In this document: in pieces, positions 9,219-19,039 of the stretch
Position numbering within the stretch: position 1 is the stretch's first letter
Layout of the letters: each line of letters begins with the position of its first letter
Source: an uncultured candidate division Zixibacteria bacterium
GTDB lineage: Bacteria > Zixibacteria > MSB-5A5 > UBA10806 > 4484-95
Length of the DNA: 64,000 bases
Assembly (NCBI GenBank): GCA_963668625.2
Contig: CAXXKA010000006.1
Location: 64,001-128,000 of the forward strand
Direction: 5' to 3'
Program-made: the position numbers and the translations under genes
The notes under the pieces: model-generated
Databases searched by the model: none
What the model was told of the DNA's origin: nothing
Seen by the model: only the letters and a program-made list of their open reading frames with translations

Positions 9219-10679
9219 ATGCCGGATATCGATGTTCAAAGCAGTATCGATTCGCAAAAAATTCTGGAAGACAAATACTCCAAACTGGGGCAGGAATTTT
9301 ACCGTTCGTTCTATGCCACGCTCAAAATCGCATCTTTGTATGAGGCAAATAATACGCGCTATATAAAGCAGGTCCAGGCGTTCCGGGAGATCGTGGCGGA
9401 GATATTCACCGAGGACAGTAAGCTTCTGTTCACTTTCAAGTCAGGTTATTTCTTTTTGAATAACTTTCGTATCAATTCCTCCAATTCGGACAAAGAGGCG
9501 GCTGATTATTTCGCCGAGAAATTCCAGTCTTTGAATATAGATGGTTTCGAGATTTATTCGCAAGCTGATTCGCGTGAACTCGATAAATTCATATTCAGCT
9601 TTTCCCATCTGAAAGGCGGAGATGATCCCGATGAGACATTTTATGGTTTCAAAGACCGCCTGGATAAACTTCAGATCGAAAGCATATTCCTGATCAAACT
9701 CGCCGAGAAAGATAAAATCATTAAAGCGGAAAAAGAGCAGACCTCGAAAGTTAAAGCTCGAAAAGTGTTTTTCGAGGCTATCGGCATGGTTCAGGATATT
9801 GTCAGCCAGGCGAAAACCGGTTCTAAAATAAATCTGACGAAAACCAAGCGGGTGGTACAGACCATGGTTGATACGATAATAGAAGATGAGCCGGTGATGA
9901 TGGAGATGACCGTGCTACGGGATTTCGACCAGTATACCTATGTGCATTCGGTCAATGTCTGCGTGTTGTCGTTGATACTGGGGTATCATCTGAACCTGGA
10001 TAAAAAACGTCTCTCCGAACTCGGTGTAGGGGCGCTACTTCATGATATAGGCAAAATCGATTTGCCTGCCAGTCTCGTTAACAAGGCCGAGCAATATGAT
10101 GAAATGGATTGGCAACAGATGAGAATGCATCCGGTGTACGGCGTAAAATCGATCATCCGCACCCGGGGAACTGATCGATCGTCGATCAGAGCGATTGCCA
10201 CGGCTTATGAACATCACATTACATATCAGGGCGGCGGATACCCGCAGCTTCTGCAGAAACGTACACCGTGCCTGTTTGCCCAGATCGTATCGATATGCGA
10301 TACTTTCAACGCCATGACCTCCGGACGTATTTATCATAAACGCCGTATGTCTGGTGATGAGGTTATCACGAATATGGTTAACAGGGCCGGAACGGATTTC
10401 AATCCGCTGATCCTTAAGGTTTTCATTAACGTAACCGGAGTATTTCCGGTGGGCAGCGTAGTCAGGTTAAGCAATGATGATCTGGCTATAGTTACGCGCA
10501 CTAATCCCGATGATCTTGAAAACCCGGAGGTTAAAATAATCGCCGACAAATCCGGCATGAAAGAGAAAGTCGAAGTGATTGATTTATCCAAAGAGGCCAC
10601 TTCCGGGATTAAAATCCATAGTATCATTGATGGGGACAAGTACAATATAGACCCCGCCGATTTTATTGACCTGGGCTGA
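9219..10679 (+). CDS. HD-GYP domain protein (putative cyclic dinucleotide phosphodiesterase)
   Basis: YTYVHS, LLHDIGK, MHP, HHITYQGGGYP, ICDTFNAM; C-terminal FPVGSVVRL. Confidence 0.88.
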   Translation: MPDIDVQSSIDSQKILEDKYSKLGQEFYRSFYATLKIASLYEANNTRYIKQVQAFREIVAEIFTEDSKLLFTFKSGYFFLNNFRINSSNSDKEAADYFAEKFQSLNIDGFEIYSQADSRELDKFIFSFSHLKGGDDPDETFYGFKDRLDKLQIESIFLIKLAEKDKIIKAEKEQTSKVKARKVFFEAIGMVQDIVSQAKTGSKINLTKTKRVVQTMVDTIIEDEPVMMEMTVLRDFDQYTYVHSVNVCVLSLILGYHLNLDKKRLSELGVGALLHDIGKIDLPASLVNKAEQYDEMDWQQMRMHPVYGVKSIIRTRGTDRSSIRAIATAYEHHITYQGGGYPQLLQKRTPCLFAQIVSICDTFNAMTSGRIYHKRRMSGDEVITNMVNRAGTDFNPLILKVFINVTGVFPVGSVVRLSNDDLAIVTRTNPDDLENPEVKIIADKSGMKEKVEVIDLSKEATSGIKIHSIIDGDKYNIDPADFIDLG

Positions 10680-10862
10680 TTTACATCCAACTGTATATTT
10701 ATCGGTCAACTGAAATATTCCAATTATATAGTGTTTTTATCCCATACTTTTTACTGAGCTTCATGAGTCAAGTGTAATCCATACACGACATTGATGCTAT
10801 TAACTCGTTTATTGATATGATCATCGTTTTGCGTTGTTCATATTTTGAACATTATGTCAGAG

Positions 10863-10878
10863 TGGCATTCCATTTGCT
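10863..10878 (+). promoter_or_regulatory. sigma54 (-24/-12) promoter of the minor pilin genes
   Basis: TGGCATTCCATTTGCT = GG-N10-GC with TGGCA and TTGCT context, just upstream of SD GGAGGG. Confidence 0.7.
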
Positions 10879-10903
10879 GATAGAAAGGCAGGAGGGCATA
10901 CGA

Positions 10904-11257
10904 ATGAAAAAGATAGCGAAAGATAAAGGCTTTACTTTAATAGAAGTAATGACCGCAATTACGATCCTGGCTGTGGGGTTACTACTGCTTTTACCCATGA
11001 TGGTCGTATCGATTCAGGCAAATGATTTAGCCCAAAATTTCACGAATTCCTCGATGCTTATAAAGCAAAAAATGGAGGAATTAAAAGGCTTGTCAAATCC
11101 TGCTTCTGGTACTGATTCTGTTGGTGTTGCTCAACGAGTGTGGACCGTAACGGATGCGGAGAATGATTTGAAGAAACTCATTATAGATATCACCTGGATC
11201 GATAAAGACGGCAAAATCAGGTCGAACAGTATGATGTCTTATATGATGCCGAATTAG
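10904..11257 (+). CDS. Type IV minor pilin, PilV-like
   Basis: Class III signal KDKG|FTLIEV with Glu5; GGAGGG SD places the start at 10904. Confidence 0.88.
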   Translation: MKKIAKDKGFTLIEVMTAITILAVGLLLLLPMMVVSIQANDLAQNFTNSSMLIKQKMEELKGLSNPASGTDSVGVAQRVWTVTDAENDLKKLIIDITWIDKDGKIRSNSMMSYMMPN

Positions 11258-11265
11258 GGGGAAGA

Positions 11266-12075
11266 GTGAAATTCATTCAAAATAAAGGTATGACAGTTGT
11301 CGAGTTGCTTATCAGCTCATTCATCTCGGTTATAGTGATTAGCGCCTCCCTTGGGGTGTATATCGCTCAACACAAGCACATGATAGTACAGGAGCAAGTC
11401 TCCGATATGCAAAACAGTATCAGGGCAAGCATGGAGGAATTATCCACCAAGATAAAGATGGCTGGTTATAATGTGCCGGAGGGCCTGGTGGCACTGACTG
11501 CTTACAATACAAATCCAGATACTATCCAATTGACTTTTGATTCCTCGGTTCTGGAAGGGGTCGAGATAGACCATGCTATGCCTCAGCCATCCGCGGAGCT
11601 TCGCTGCTCGGGTGATATTTCCGGTCTGAATGATGATGACTGGGCGTATATTTACGACCCGACTACTCAAACCGGCGAATTTTTCCTGATTAGTCACGTT
11701 CAATATGCGGCAGGACATATTCAGCATAACACTATGCCGTTATCGCATACCTATCCTATTGGCAGTCAGATATGGAAGATTAACCAGTATAAATACTTCA
11801 TCGATAAAACAACTGATCCAGACCATCCCAAATTGATGGTGCAGTATTTCGGTGATACGCCTCAAATCTACGCTGATAATATCACTAATCTTCAATTCAA
11901 ATATAAATTGACGAGCGGTGTCACAGTGGATGTACCGCCTATGCCGGAGATGGTCAAAGAGGTTAATATAAAGCTTACCGCGAGAACCGAACGCGAGGAT
12001 GAGGTTCAATCGTTCGGTTATCGTACTCGTAATTTGGAAACGACAGTTAAAGTCAGAAACCTGGCAATAAACTAA
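11266..12075 (+). CDS. Type IV minor pilin, PilW-like
   Basis: NKG|MTVVEL; IKMAGY, ADNITNLQFKY and terminal VKVRNL motifs typical of the PilW family. Confidence 0.88.
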   Translation: MKFIQNKGMTVVELLISSFISVIVISASLGVYIAQHKHMIVQEQVSDMQNSIRASMEELSTKIKMAGYNVPEGLVALTAYNTNPDTIQLTFDSSVLEGVEIDHAMPQPSAELRCSGDISGLNDDDWAYIYDPTTQTGEFFLISHVQYAAGHIQHNTMPLSHTYPIGSQIWKINQYKYFIDKTTDPDHPKLMVQYFGDTPQIYADNITNLQFKYKLTSGVTVDVPPMPEMVKEVNIKLTARTEREDEVQSFGYRTRNLETTVKVRNLAIN

Positions 12076-12310
12076 TTATCGGAGGATGAATGCTGTCATC
12101 GGATAGACATAATAAAACATCAAAAAGCAACGTGGCGTTAACTAAAATCGCCGGTATGTGTTCCGGGGCGCTTTCGGGTGCGGCCGGTGATGTAAGTGGA
12201 AAACACTGTATGGAAAACGACCGGGGAACCAGTCATATAAATGTAAAAAAACAAACGAACTTAACAAGCTTTTTACGTCTTTAGTGATAGGCATTAAGTG
12301 GGGCATAACA

Positions 12311-13978
12311 ATGTTAAAAAGATTAAATAACGAATCCGGGATGGTGCTGATAGTCAGCTTGATATTACTTCTTATGCTGGCAATTATCGGTATCTCCTCT
12401 ATTTCCACCTCTAATACGGATATGACTTTGGCGGAGAACGAATATCGATCGACAGGCGCTTTCTACGCCGCCGAATCCGGTTTGGAGAAGGCTGCTGCGA
12501 ATATCAAACATAGTTTCGAAACAACTGGCGAGGCGCCGGATCCGCTGCCGAGGGATACGGTTACCGAGAATAATTACACCTACGCTTTCGAGGTCGAGGA
12601 TAAGGGCCCGGCCGTTAACGCCCAGTTGAATGCGGGTGCTTATAAAGGCCTGTATGGATCGGTTAAGATCTATTCGATAAGTTCTGTCGGCAAGGATAAC
12701 GCCAATAATGCCGGTGTTGAACTGAATATGCAAATGAGCGATGCGCTCATACCGATTTTCCAGTTTGCCGTGTTTTATGAATACGATCTGGAAATCGCTC
12801 CCGGGCCGGACATGACCCTGGGAGGCAGGGTTCATACCAACAAAGATATGTACCTTCAGGCCGGTAACGATCTTTATATAGACTCGTACCTGACTGCAGC
12901 CGGTTATATAAACCATGGCCGTAAGGCGGGTTCGGGTCAGGGTACGACCAGCAATGATGTCTGGATTAAAGATGATAACGGCAACTACCAGAATATGAAA
13001 AACTCCGATTGGTCATTCCTCGATTCTGATGATACCGATTGGGTGAATGAGTCGATAAATCGCTGGGGTGGTGCGGTTGAGGATGCCTCGCATGGTATTA
13101 CCGAATTGTATATGCCCGTAGTCGCCGATGGTCCGGCGACTGACTTGATCGACCGCTCGGCCGGTAATTCCGATAGCTATGAAAATCTGGCCGATTTGAA
13201 GATTATCGATGGTGTGGCGTATTACAATAGCGGCGGTACGTGGTTGGATGTTACCGCCGATTTGACCTCAAGCGGTGTTTTGAGTACCGATACTTTCTAC
13301 GACGCTCGTGAGGGTCAGGATGTCAATTCGATCGATATCGATATCGATAAACTGAACAGTTCGCCGTATTTTCCTGCCGGTGGCGTTATATACTCCTCGT
13401 CCTCAGATACTTACAGCAATGTCGAGGCTGTAAGGCTGGTTAACGGTTCCGAAATCGCAAGAGCTCTTACCGTGGCGACGGATAATCCGCTTTATACGGT
13501 TGGAGATTATAATACGGTGAACAAGAAACCGGCCTCGCTTATAACCGATGCTTTGACCATTCTTTCCAATAACTGGGATGATGGCAATAGTTGGAGCGGC
13601 GTCAGTAGCCGACCTGCTACCCAAACCCAGGTTAATGCAAGTTACATGACCGGTAACACCGAAACCGGTTCCTCGGGACATGGTTATAGCGGCGGTTTCG
13701 AGAACTTACCCAGATTTTTGGAAAACTGGAGTGGCGTTACATTCACCTGGCGAGGTTCAGCCGTCGATCTCTGGTACTCCCGTCAAAGCGACGGGGCCTG
13801 GAGCGGAAATTATTACAGGGCTCCCAATCGTGATTGGGCATACGATCCTGATCTGCTCGATCCGAACAATCTGCCGCCCGGCACTCCGATGGTGAATGTG
13901 GTGCAGAGAATGAATTGGAAACAGCGTTTTTTAAGCAGCGCTAATCTGGAGATATCAGGCGAAACCGATGTGCAGTAA
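12311..13978 (+). CDS. PilX-like pilin with large C-terminal domain (putative pilus tip protein)
   Basis: NESG|MVLIVSL lacking Glu5, AFYAAESGLE PilX_N motif, GRVHTN, GGFENLPRFLENW. Confidence 0.82.
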   Translation: MLKRLNNESGMVLIVSLILLLMLAIIGISSISTSNTDMTLAENEYRSTGAFYAAESGLEKAAANIKHSFETTGEAPDPLPRDTVTENNYTYAFEVEDKGPAVNAQLNAGAYKGLYGSVKIYSISSVGKDNANNAGVELNMQMSDALIPIFQFAVFYEYDLEIAPGPDMTLGGRVHTNKDMYLQAGNDLYIDSYLTAAGYINHGRKAGSGQGTTSNDVWIKDDNGNYQNMKNSDWSFLDSDDTDWVNESINRWGGAVEDASHGITELYMPVVADGPATDLIDRSAGNSDSYENLADLKIIDGVAYYNSGGTWLDVTADLTSSGVLSTDTFYDAREGQDVNSIDIDIDKLNSSPYFPAGGVIYSSSSDTYSNVEAVRLVNGSEIARALTVATDNPLYTVGDYNTVNKKPASLITDALTILSNNWDDGNSWSGVSSRPATQTQVNASYMTGNTETGSSGHGYSGGFENLPRFLENWSGVTFTWRGSAVDLWYSRQSDGAWSGNYYRAPNRDWAYDPDLLDPNNLPPGTPMVNVVQRMNWKQRFLSSANLEISGETDVQ

Positions 13979-14007
13979 ATATAAATTTAATAACACGCCC
14001 CTTATAC

Positions 14008-14031
14008 GCCCGGCAAATGCCGGGTTTTTTT
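14008..14031 (+). terminator. Intrinsic terminator after the pilin genes
   Basis: GCCCGGCA-AA-TGCCGGG hairpin followed by T7. Confidence 0.8.
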
Positions 14032-14071
14032 GTTGATCCTAACAACCGCCGGCCCTGTGACCGGTGGTAGT

Positions 14072-14989
14072 TTACCCGAGATATGGCTGGATGAAACCGT
14101 TTGATAAACCCGCTTCCTCGAACCAATCCTGAGCCAATTCGTACTCGTGGCGTGACAGTCTACCGGAAATAGCCGGATAATTGCAGGCATTGTAGGCGGG
14201 AAAATATTGGCTCATTACGGCTACATAAGTTTCCTGTGAAATCTCATTGGCGATGAACTCGAATATTTCTTTCGAGCCGGATATCATCCCGGGTAATACC
14301 AGATGTCTTATGAGTAATCCCTTAATGGCTATGCCGCGTTTCATTGTTAAAACTCCAACCTGCCTATACATCTCTTTAATAGCCCTGCGGTTAATTTCAG
14401 GGTAGTTCGGAACATCCGAGTATTTTTGGGAATGTCTGTTATCGGTATAGCGCATATCCGGCATATAAATATCGATCACGCCCTCTAATAGTTTTAACAT
14501 CTCCACCGAATCATAACCGGATGAATTATATACAATGGGGATTGTCAAACCCTGCTCGTAAGCGGCAAGTAACGCCTCCATGAGTTGAGGAACGTAATGG
14601 GATGGGGTCACGAAATTGATATTGTGAGCGCCACGCTGTTCCAGCTTTATCATCATCTTTGCTACCTCGGAGGGTGTGCAAAGCTTACCGTTACGATACT
14701 GGCTGATAGGGTAATTCTGGCAGTAAACGCAGTGAAGGTTACAGCCGCTCAGGAAAATCGTGCCCGAGCCATTGCTGCCGGAGATCGGCGGCTCCTCGCC
14801 ATAATGCAAATTGGCCGAGGCGATACCTATCTTTGTGGGCATACCGCATTCGCCGGTCTCGCCTTTTACGCGGTTGACCAGGCACTGACGGGGACAGATG
14901 GTGCAGGGGGAGAGCATCTCGTGTGCAGTAGGAAGGTTTTTTTCGAGTATGGAGATTTTTGAATCGATGCAGAATGTGGCTTTTGTCAT
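14072..14989 (-). CDS. Radical SAM protein, PflX-like (pyruvate-formate-lyase activating enzyme family)
   Basis: CTICPRQC N-terminal cluster, HYGEEPPISG..GSGTIF, CNLHCVYCQN, HNINFVTP, RHLVLP. Confidence 0.9.
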   Translation of the reverse strand: MTKATFCIDSKISILEKNLPTAHEMLSPCTICPRQCLVNRVKGETGECGMPTKIGIASANLHYGEEPPISGSNGSGTIFLSGCNLHCVYCQNYPISQYRNGKLCTPSEVAKMMIKLEQRGAHNINFVTPSHYVPQLMEALLAAYEQGLTIPIVYNSSGYDSVEMLKLLEGVIDIYMPDMRYTDNRHSQKYSDVPNYPEINRRAIKEMYRQVGVLTMKRGIAIKGLLIRHLVLPGMISGSKEIFEFIANEISQETYVAVMSQYFPAYNACNYPAISGRLSRHEYELAQDWFEEAGLSNGFIQPYLG

Positions 14990-15879
14990 TATCGTCGCCT
15001 GTTCATATTCTGTTCGATGCTTTTACACCAGTCCTCCAGGGAAATCTGCGGCGTGCCTAACATCTCATCGGTCTCAGTGGGATCTCCAAGTTCGCCGGTA
15101 TTATTGAAATAATCCATAAACGGTAGGATATCCTTAAGCTGTTTGGAGAACGTTATAGCGGCGAAGAATTTCAGTATACGCAGAGGAACCTGTTTGATTT
15201 TTATTTTCGGATTAACGTTTTTGATATATATTCCGAGTGCCTCTCTGAACGTGTAAGCCTCCGGTCCGAAAACCGTGAATATATGATTCAGTTTATCCTC
15301 CATCATAAAAGCCCGGGTCACTATCCTGGCATAATCCTCGGCGGCCAGCCAGTGTATCTTCCGGTTATCGCTACCCATCACGGTTGCCTGGTTGTCGCGG
15401 ATGAAAAGCGGCAGTGATTCCATGAACCAGGTCGCACGGAATATAGCGTATTCCAATCCACTGCCAATGATCTCCTGTTCGGCTTTATACTTGGCCGAGA
15501 CCCCCGGGTAGCGCTGACGGTCACCGGCTACCGAGGCGCCCGATATGTAACTAATGCGTTTAATATCGCTTTTTAAAGCAGCCTCGACTATTTTTCTCGT
15601 ACCCTGATATTCGATTTTATCGAAGCTTTTATCTAAGTAACTTCCCTTCAGATTGATATGAACTCCATAACATCCACGCAAAGCCCGCAAAAGCGAATCC
15701 TCGTTTTCGATATCACCTGTGGCAATATCAGATTGATTTCCGAATAGTTCTCGTGCCCTGTCAGCCTGGCGGCTAAAAATCCTGACCGGGAACCCGAAAT
15801 GATCTAGCGTATGAACCACCGGTTGGCCGAGAACTCCCGTGCCGCCCACTACCAGTATCTGTTTATCTTCGAATGGCAT
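14989..15879 (-). CDS. Atypical SDR / NmrA-like NAD(P)-binding protein
   Basis: VVGGTGVLG Rossmann motif, AKYKAE, FRATWFME. Confidence 0.85.
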   Translation of the reverse strand: MPFEDKQILVVGGTGVLGQPVVHTLDHFGFPVRIFSRQADRARELFGNQSDIATGDIENEDSLLRALRGCYGVHINLKGSYLDKSFDKIEYQGTRKIVEAALKSDIKRISYISGASVAGDRQRYPGVSAKYKAEQEIIGSGLEYAIFRATWFMESLPLFIRDNQATVMGSDNRKIHWLAAEDYARIVTRAFMMEDKLNHIFTVFGPEAYTFREALGIYIKNVNPKIKIKQVPLRILKFFAAITFSKQLKDILPFMDYFNNTGELGDPTETDEMLGTPQISLEDWCKSIEQNMNRRR

Positions 15880-15897
15880 TGATAATCATTCCGTAAT

Positions 15898-16776
15898 TTA
15901 CGCGCCAGCGCTTTCATTCAATTTCGCTAATATTCTATCCAGCCGGATCGGGCAGTTGTAAGCTTGCTCAACTCCCCTGAGACAGTAGAAACGACGGTAC
16001 CGGTTTTCTTTGGGCGATATCTCCTCGATATCCAGAAGGGAGCCGTAGGGACAATCACGGCAGAGTCTGATATCATCCTTAACGATTGCTCCGGTAGATT
16101 TCGCCACCAAAGCTTTGGAGTAGTCAAACATCGGCATATTGCCATTTTGGGTGATCTCCACGGCGGAGGGTTTTAAAAATATTAAACGTCCCCTGTCGTT
16201 GATCAGTTTTGCCTCGAATTCTATATCATCCCCGGCTGCGGGGCTATGCCTTTCCAAAAAGATGTTTCCCACCCTGAGATAGATCGCATCATCGAAAAGA
16301 TCATAGCCGATATAGCCGCGATCGAATCGAATCAGAAATCCGTTCAGGCGGGTGGAGATATAACCGTTATCCAGCGTTCTGTACAGTGACGGCAATACCG
16401 AAGATATTTTACCCGAGAAATGGTTTCGTTTGTTTTCGACTGTAGAAAGCCAGTATTCGAATTCCTCAAGGTCTTTTTTAAACCGTTCTAATTCTTCGCG
16501 GGGTATTGTCGCGCTCGGCATACGGCAGATTTTCTCCTCGTAATAGAACTTGCACGAGAAGCAATTGCGACCGACATGCTTGTATCCTCGAGGGCATTTT
16601 TTGCCTTTGCTGCTGATACTACATCGCCAGAGAAATTCTATACATCCCTGATTAAGACATTTTTTATGTTTGAGAACGTGGAAAGGGGATACCTTGAAAT
16701 CGAATTTTTCATGTACGGGGTGCTTGCATATGAACAGGTTATTGACCTTATAAAGGTTTTTTATTACCGTTCTCAT
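15898..16776 (-). CDS. Cys-rich hypothetical protein, putative Zn-binding with OB-like middle
   Basis: 292-aa ORF with 12 Cys in N- and C-terminal clusters including CFSC and CRDC; TATAAT directly upstream. Confidence 0.7.
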   Translation of the reverse strand: MRTVIKNLYKVNNLFICKHPVHEKFDFKVSPFHVLKHKKCLNQGCIEFLWRCSISSKGKKCPRGYKHVGRNCFSCKFYYEEKICRMPSATIPREELERFKKDLEEFEYWLSTVENKRNHFSGKISSVLPSLYRTLDNGYISTRLNGFLIRFDRGYIGYDLFDDAIYLRVGNIFLERHSPAAGDDIEFEAKLINDRGRLIFLKPSAVEITQNGNMPMFDYSKALVAKSTGAIVKDDIRLCRDCPYGSLLDIEEISPKENRYRRFYCLRGVEQAYNCPIRLDRILAKLNESAGA

Positions 16777-16992
16777 GATTCATTATACGTTCAAAGTAAT
16801 CTAATACAACTGAAAATTTAAGACTTTAATATCCTGTATATTGGAATAATCGATCTTGTATGTTCGTAGAAATTATTCCTCATTAATATTGAACCCCGGA
16901 TTATATCAAGCGTATTAAACCTCATGTAAAATTGCTTGTATTATAGATTAATTAACGGTATATTATTTGCACTTCTTAAGCGAGGTATGAAT

Positions 16993-18237
16993 ATGGGAAG
17001 ATTAGTGAAATTAGTCGTGATCGCCGTATTGTTTTGTTTCTCAGGCGCTTACGCACAGGGTGACTGGCAACTGCAAATTGTGGGCGCCTCGATAACCCCG
17101 GGACAAGCGCAAGCGGTTGCAAATTCAGGTATGTATGCTTACATAGCTGATGCCGATCATGGTGTATCGGTGTTTGATTTGTCAAATCCGGCGCTGCCAT
17201 TATCATCGGGTAGTTATAGTAACGGCGGAATTATAAGTGATTTGCTTATCGATGGCGATAATGCTTATCTGGCGCACTGGGGACGCGGTTTGGTAGTTCT
17301 CGATATTTCCAATCCGGCGATGCCCGAGTCGATTGCCGCATATAATACGCCGGGGTCGGTTATCGATATCGACAAACAGGATAGCTACATCTATGCCGCC
17401 GACTTTTTCAATGGGCTTCTAATATTGGATATTACCGATTTCAACGACATCAGTCAAGCGGGCTATACCTCGCAGATGGGAATCATATCCGTTGCGGCGA
17501 TGGATTCGACAGTGTATACCGGCATTCAGAGTATGGGATTGATGACCTATTCGTTCGCCGGCGCGACCGATCCCGTATCCAGAGATCTCGATGCTATTTC
17601 CACCGATTGTAATGATATCGTTATATACGAGAATTTTCTTCTCCTGGCCTGCGGACAAGTCGGAATGCTGGTGTATGATATAACCGATCCGTTTGATCCC
17701 GATAGCGTGACCGCCATAAACACTTCTGGCTCATTAAACCGGATTGCAGTAAAAGATACCATAGCATATCTAGCGGATAGCGAGAATGGCCTGGTTGCGG
17801 TCAGTGTCAACGATCCCCGATCTCCTTATATCATTCAGACACTGGATACGCCGGGTATAGCCAGCGGTGTCGGGTTCTATGATGATTTCGTGCTGGTTGC
17901 CGACAGAGGAATGCTTCTCGTAGTTTACCATGACGAGTATTCTGATATCGATGATGATTACGTTAAATTACCTTCAAGCTTGAGTCTTAACGATTGCTAT
18001 CCGAATCCCTTTAATCCCTCAACTAATATCAGTTTTGATTTGAACGCGCCGGCCTCGATTACACTCGATATCTATGATATCCAGGGGCGAATGGTGGAAC
18101 GGTTGCTTGAGGGGTATTATGGCGCGGGAACTTACTCGATAGAATGGAACGCCGGCGAGAAGCCTACGGGGATGTATTTCATAAGGCTTTCGGGGGGAGG
18201 ATACACTTCCTCTATGAAGGCGCTTTATCTCAAGTAA
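16993..18237 (+). CDS. Secreted LVIVD-repeat beta-propeller protein with C-terminal YPNPFN (T9SS-A/FlgD-like) domain
   Basis: Signal peptide ending AYA; repeats GVSVFDLSNP, GLVVLDISNP, GLLILDITD, GMLVYDITDP; tail YPNPFNPST...IYDIQGR...GMYF..L. Confidence 0.85.
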   Translation: MGRLVKLVVIAVLFCFSGAYAQGDWQLQIVGASITPGQAQAVANSGMYAYIADADHGVSVFDLSNPALPLSSGSYSNGGIISDLLIDGDNAYLAHWGRGLVVLDISNPAMPESIAAYNTPGSVIDIDKQDSYIYAADFFNGLLILDITDFNDISQAGYTSQMGIISVAAMDSTVYTGIQSMGLMTYSFAGATDPVSRDLDAISTDCNDIVIYENFLLLACGQVGMLVYDITDPFDPDSVTAINTSGSLNRIAVKDTIAYLADSENGLVAVSVNDPRSPYIIQTLDTPGIASGVGFYDDFVLVADRGMLLVVYHDEYSDIDDDYVKLPSSLSLNDCYPNPFNPSTNISFDLNAPASITLDIYDIQGRMVERLLEGYYGAGTYSIEWNAGEKPTGMYFIRLSGGGYTSSMKALYLK

Positions 18238-18238
18238 A

Positions 18239-18598
18239 TCAATCTTTTTTCGAGCGGAAAAACAACATGACTACCAGCGAGGCTAAGCCGAGTACCAGTC
18301 CGAATACGTTTTTATCTATATCGCGCGTTACCATGAAATAGATCGCCGATGCCGCCAGCGCCAGGGATTCAATAATCAAGACGGCGATTATTTTCTTTTT
18401 AAGATTGGCCTCGACTGTGGCATAACCGAAACTTACCGCCCAGATAATGAACATAATCACGAATAACGGTGAATAAATCAAACTTACCAGATTATAACCG
18501 GGTGTATAGATATCGATTATCACCAGCAGCAATGCGGAGGCTAAAAACGCGCCGGCTAATGAGGCAATAATTCTCATAGATACTTGAATACCCGCCAA
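18239..18598 (-). CDS. Small membrane protein with about 4 TM segments, unknown function
   Basis: Four hydrophobic segments; coupled to the upstream lipoprotein gene. Confidence 0.65.
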   Translation of the reverse strand: MAGIQVSMRIIASLAGAFLASALLLVIIDIYTPGYNLVSLIYSPLFVIMFIIWAVSFGYATVEANLKKKIIAVLIIESLALAASAIYFMVTRDIDKNVFGLVLGLASLVVMLFFRSKKD

Positions 18599-19002
18599 TT
18601 GCCCTGCGGCGACCGGTAGAGATAGATAGTCAGGTACTGAATTCCGCCGTATTCCTGATCCATCAGGGTGAACTCGACATAAGCGGTATCGCCATTGACA
18701 ACCTCATCATTGACAACAAGCCGATGTTCGCTCCAGTAGGCACGAGTGCCGCCCTCGCCGGTAAGGTTTTTCATGATTCTGTCGCGATAGTCCTTGGGAG
18801 TCAGGGTGCTGTCCATTACGGGCAATTCTTTGAGACGCTTTTCGATCATCAGATCGACATCGAGAAGCTCCTCTATCGCAAGCGAATCATCATCGATAAC
18901 CGATCCCACGAATTCTATGGTCACCTCTCGGGGGGAGGGATGACTGTTGCATCCGATTATCAGAGCCGCGAGTAACATACTCATTGTAATATTTTTTATC
19001 AT
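18574..19002 (-). CDS. Lipoprotein (lumazine-binding/NTF2-like fold possible)
   Basis: Lipobox LIIGC; VNGDTAYVEF and GNWRV motifs. Confidence 0.7.
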   Translation of the reverse strand: MIKNITMSMLLAALIIGCNSHPSPREVTIEFVGSVIDDDSLAIEELLDVDLMIEKRLKELPVMDSTLTPKDYRDRIMKNLTGEGGTRAYWSEHRLVVNDEVVNGDTAYVEFTLMDQEYGGIQYLTIYLYRSPQGNWRVFKYL

Positions 19003-19008
19003 AGGGGG

Positions 19009-19037
19009 ATGTTATCACGAAAGATAAGTGATGTCAA
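19009..19037 (-). promoter_or_regulatory. sigma70-type promoter, leaderless
   Basis: TTGACA-17 nt-TAACAT-6 nt-ATG. Confidence 0.65.
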
Positions 19038-19039
19038 TT

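Noticed and set aside
12090-12284. 64-aa ORF between pilW and pilX as a confident CDS
   Set aside because: No motif, short SD spacing and overlap with a strong hairpin; kept only within the spacer finding
13331-13348. ATCGATATCGATATCGAT tandem and general abundance of ATCGAT/TCGA
   Set aside because: Explained by Ile-Asp codon usage (ATC GAT); enrichment cannot be shown without computation
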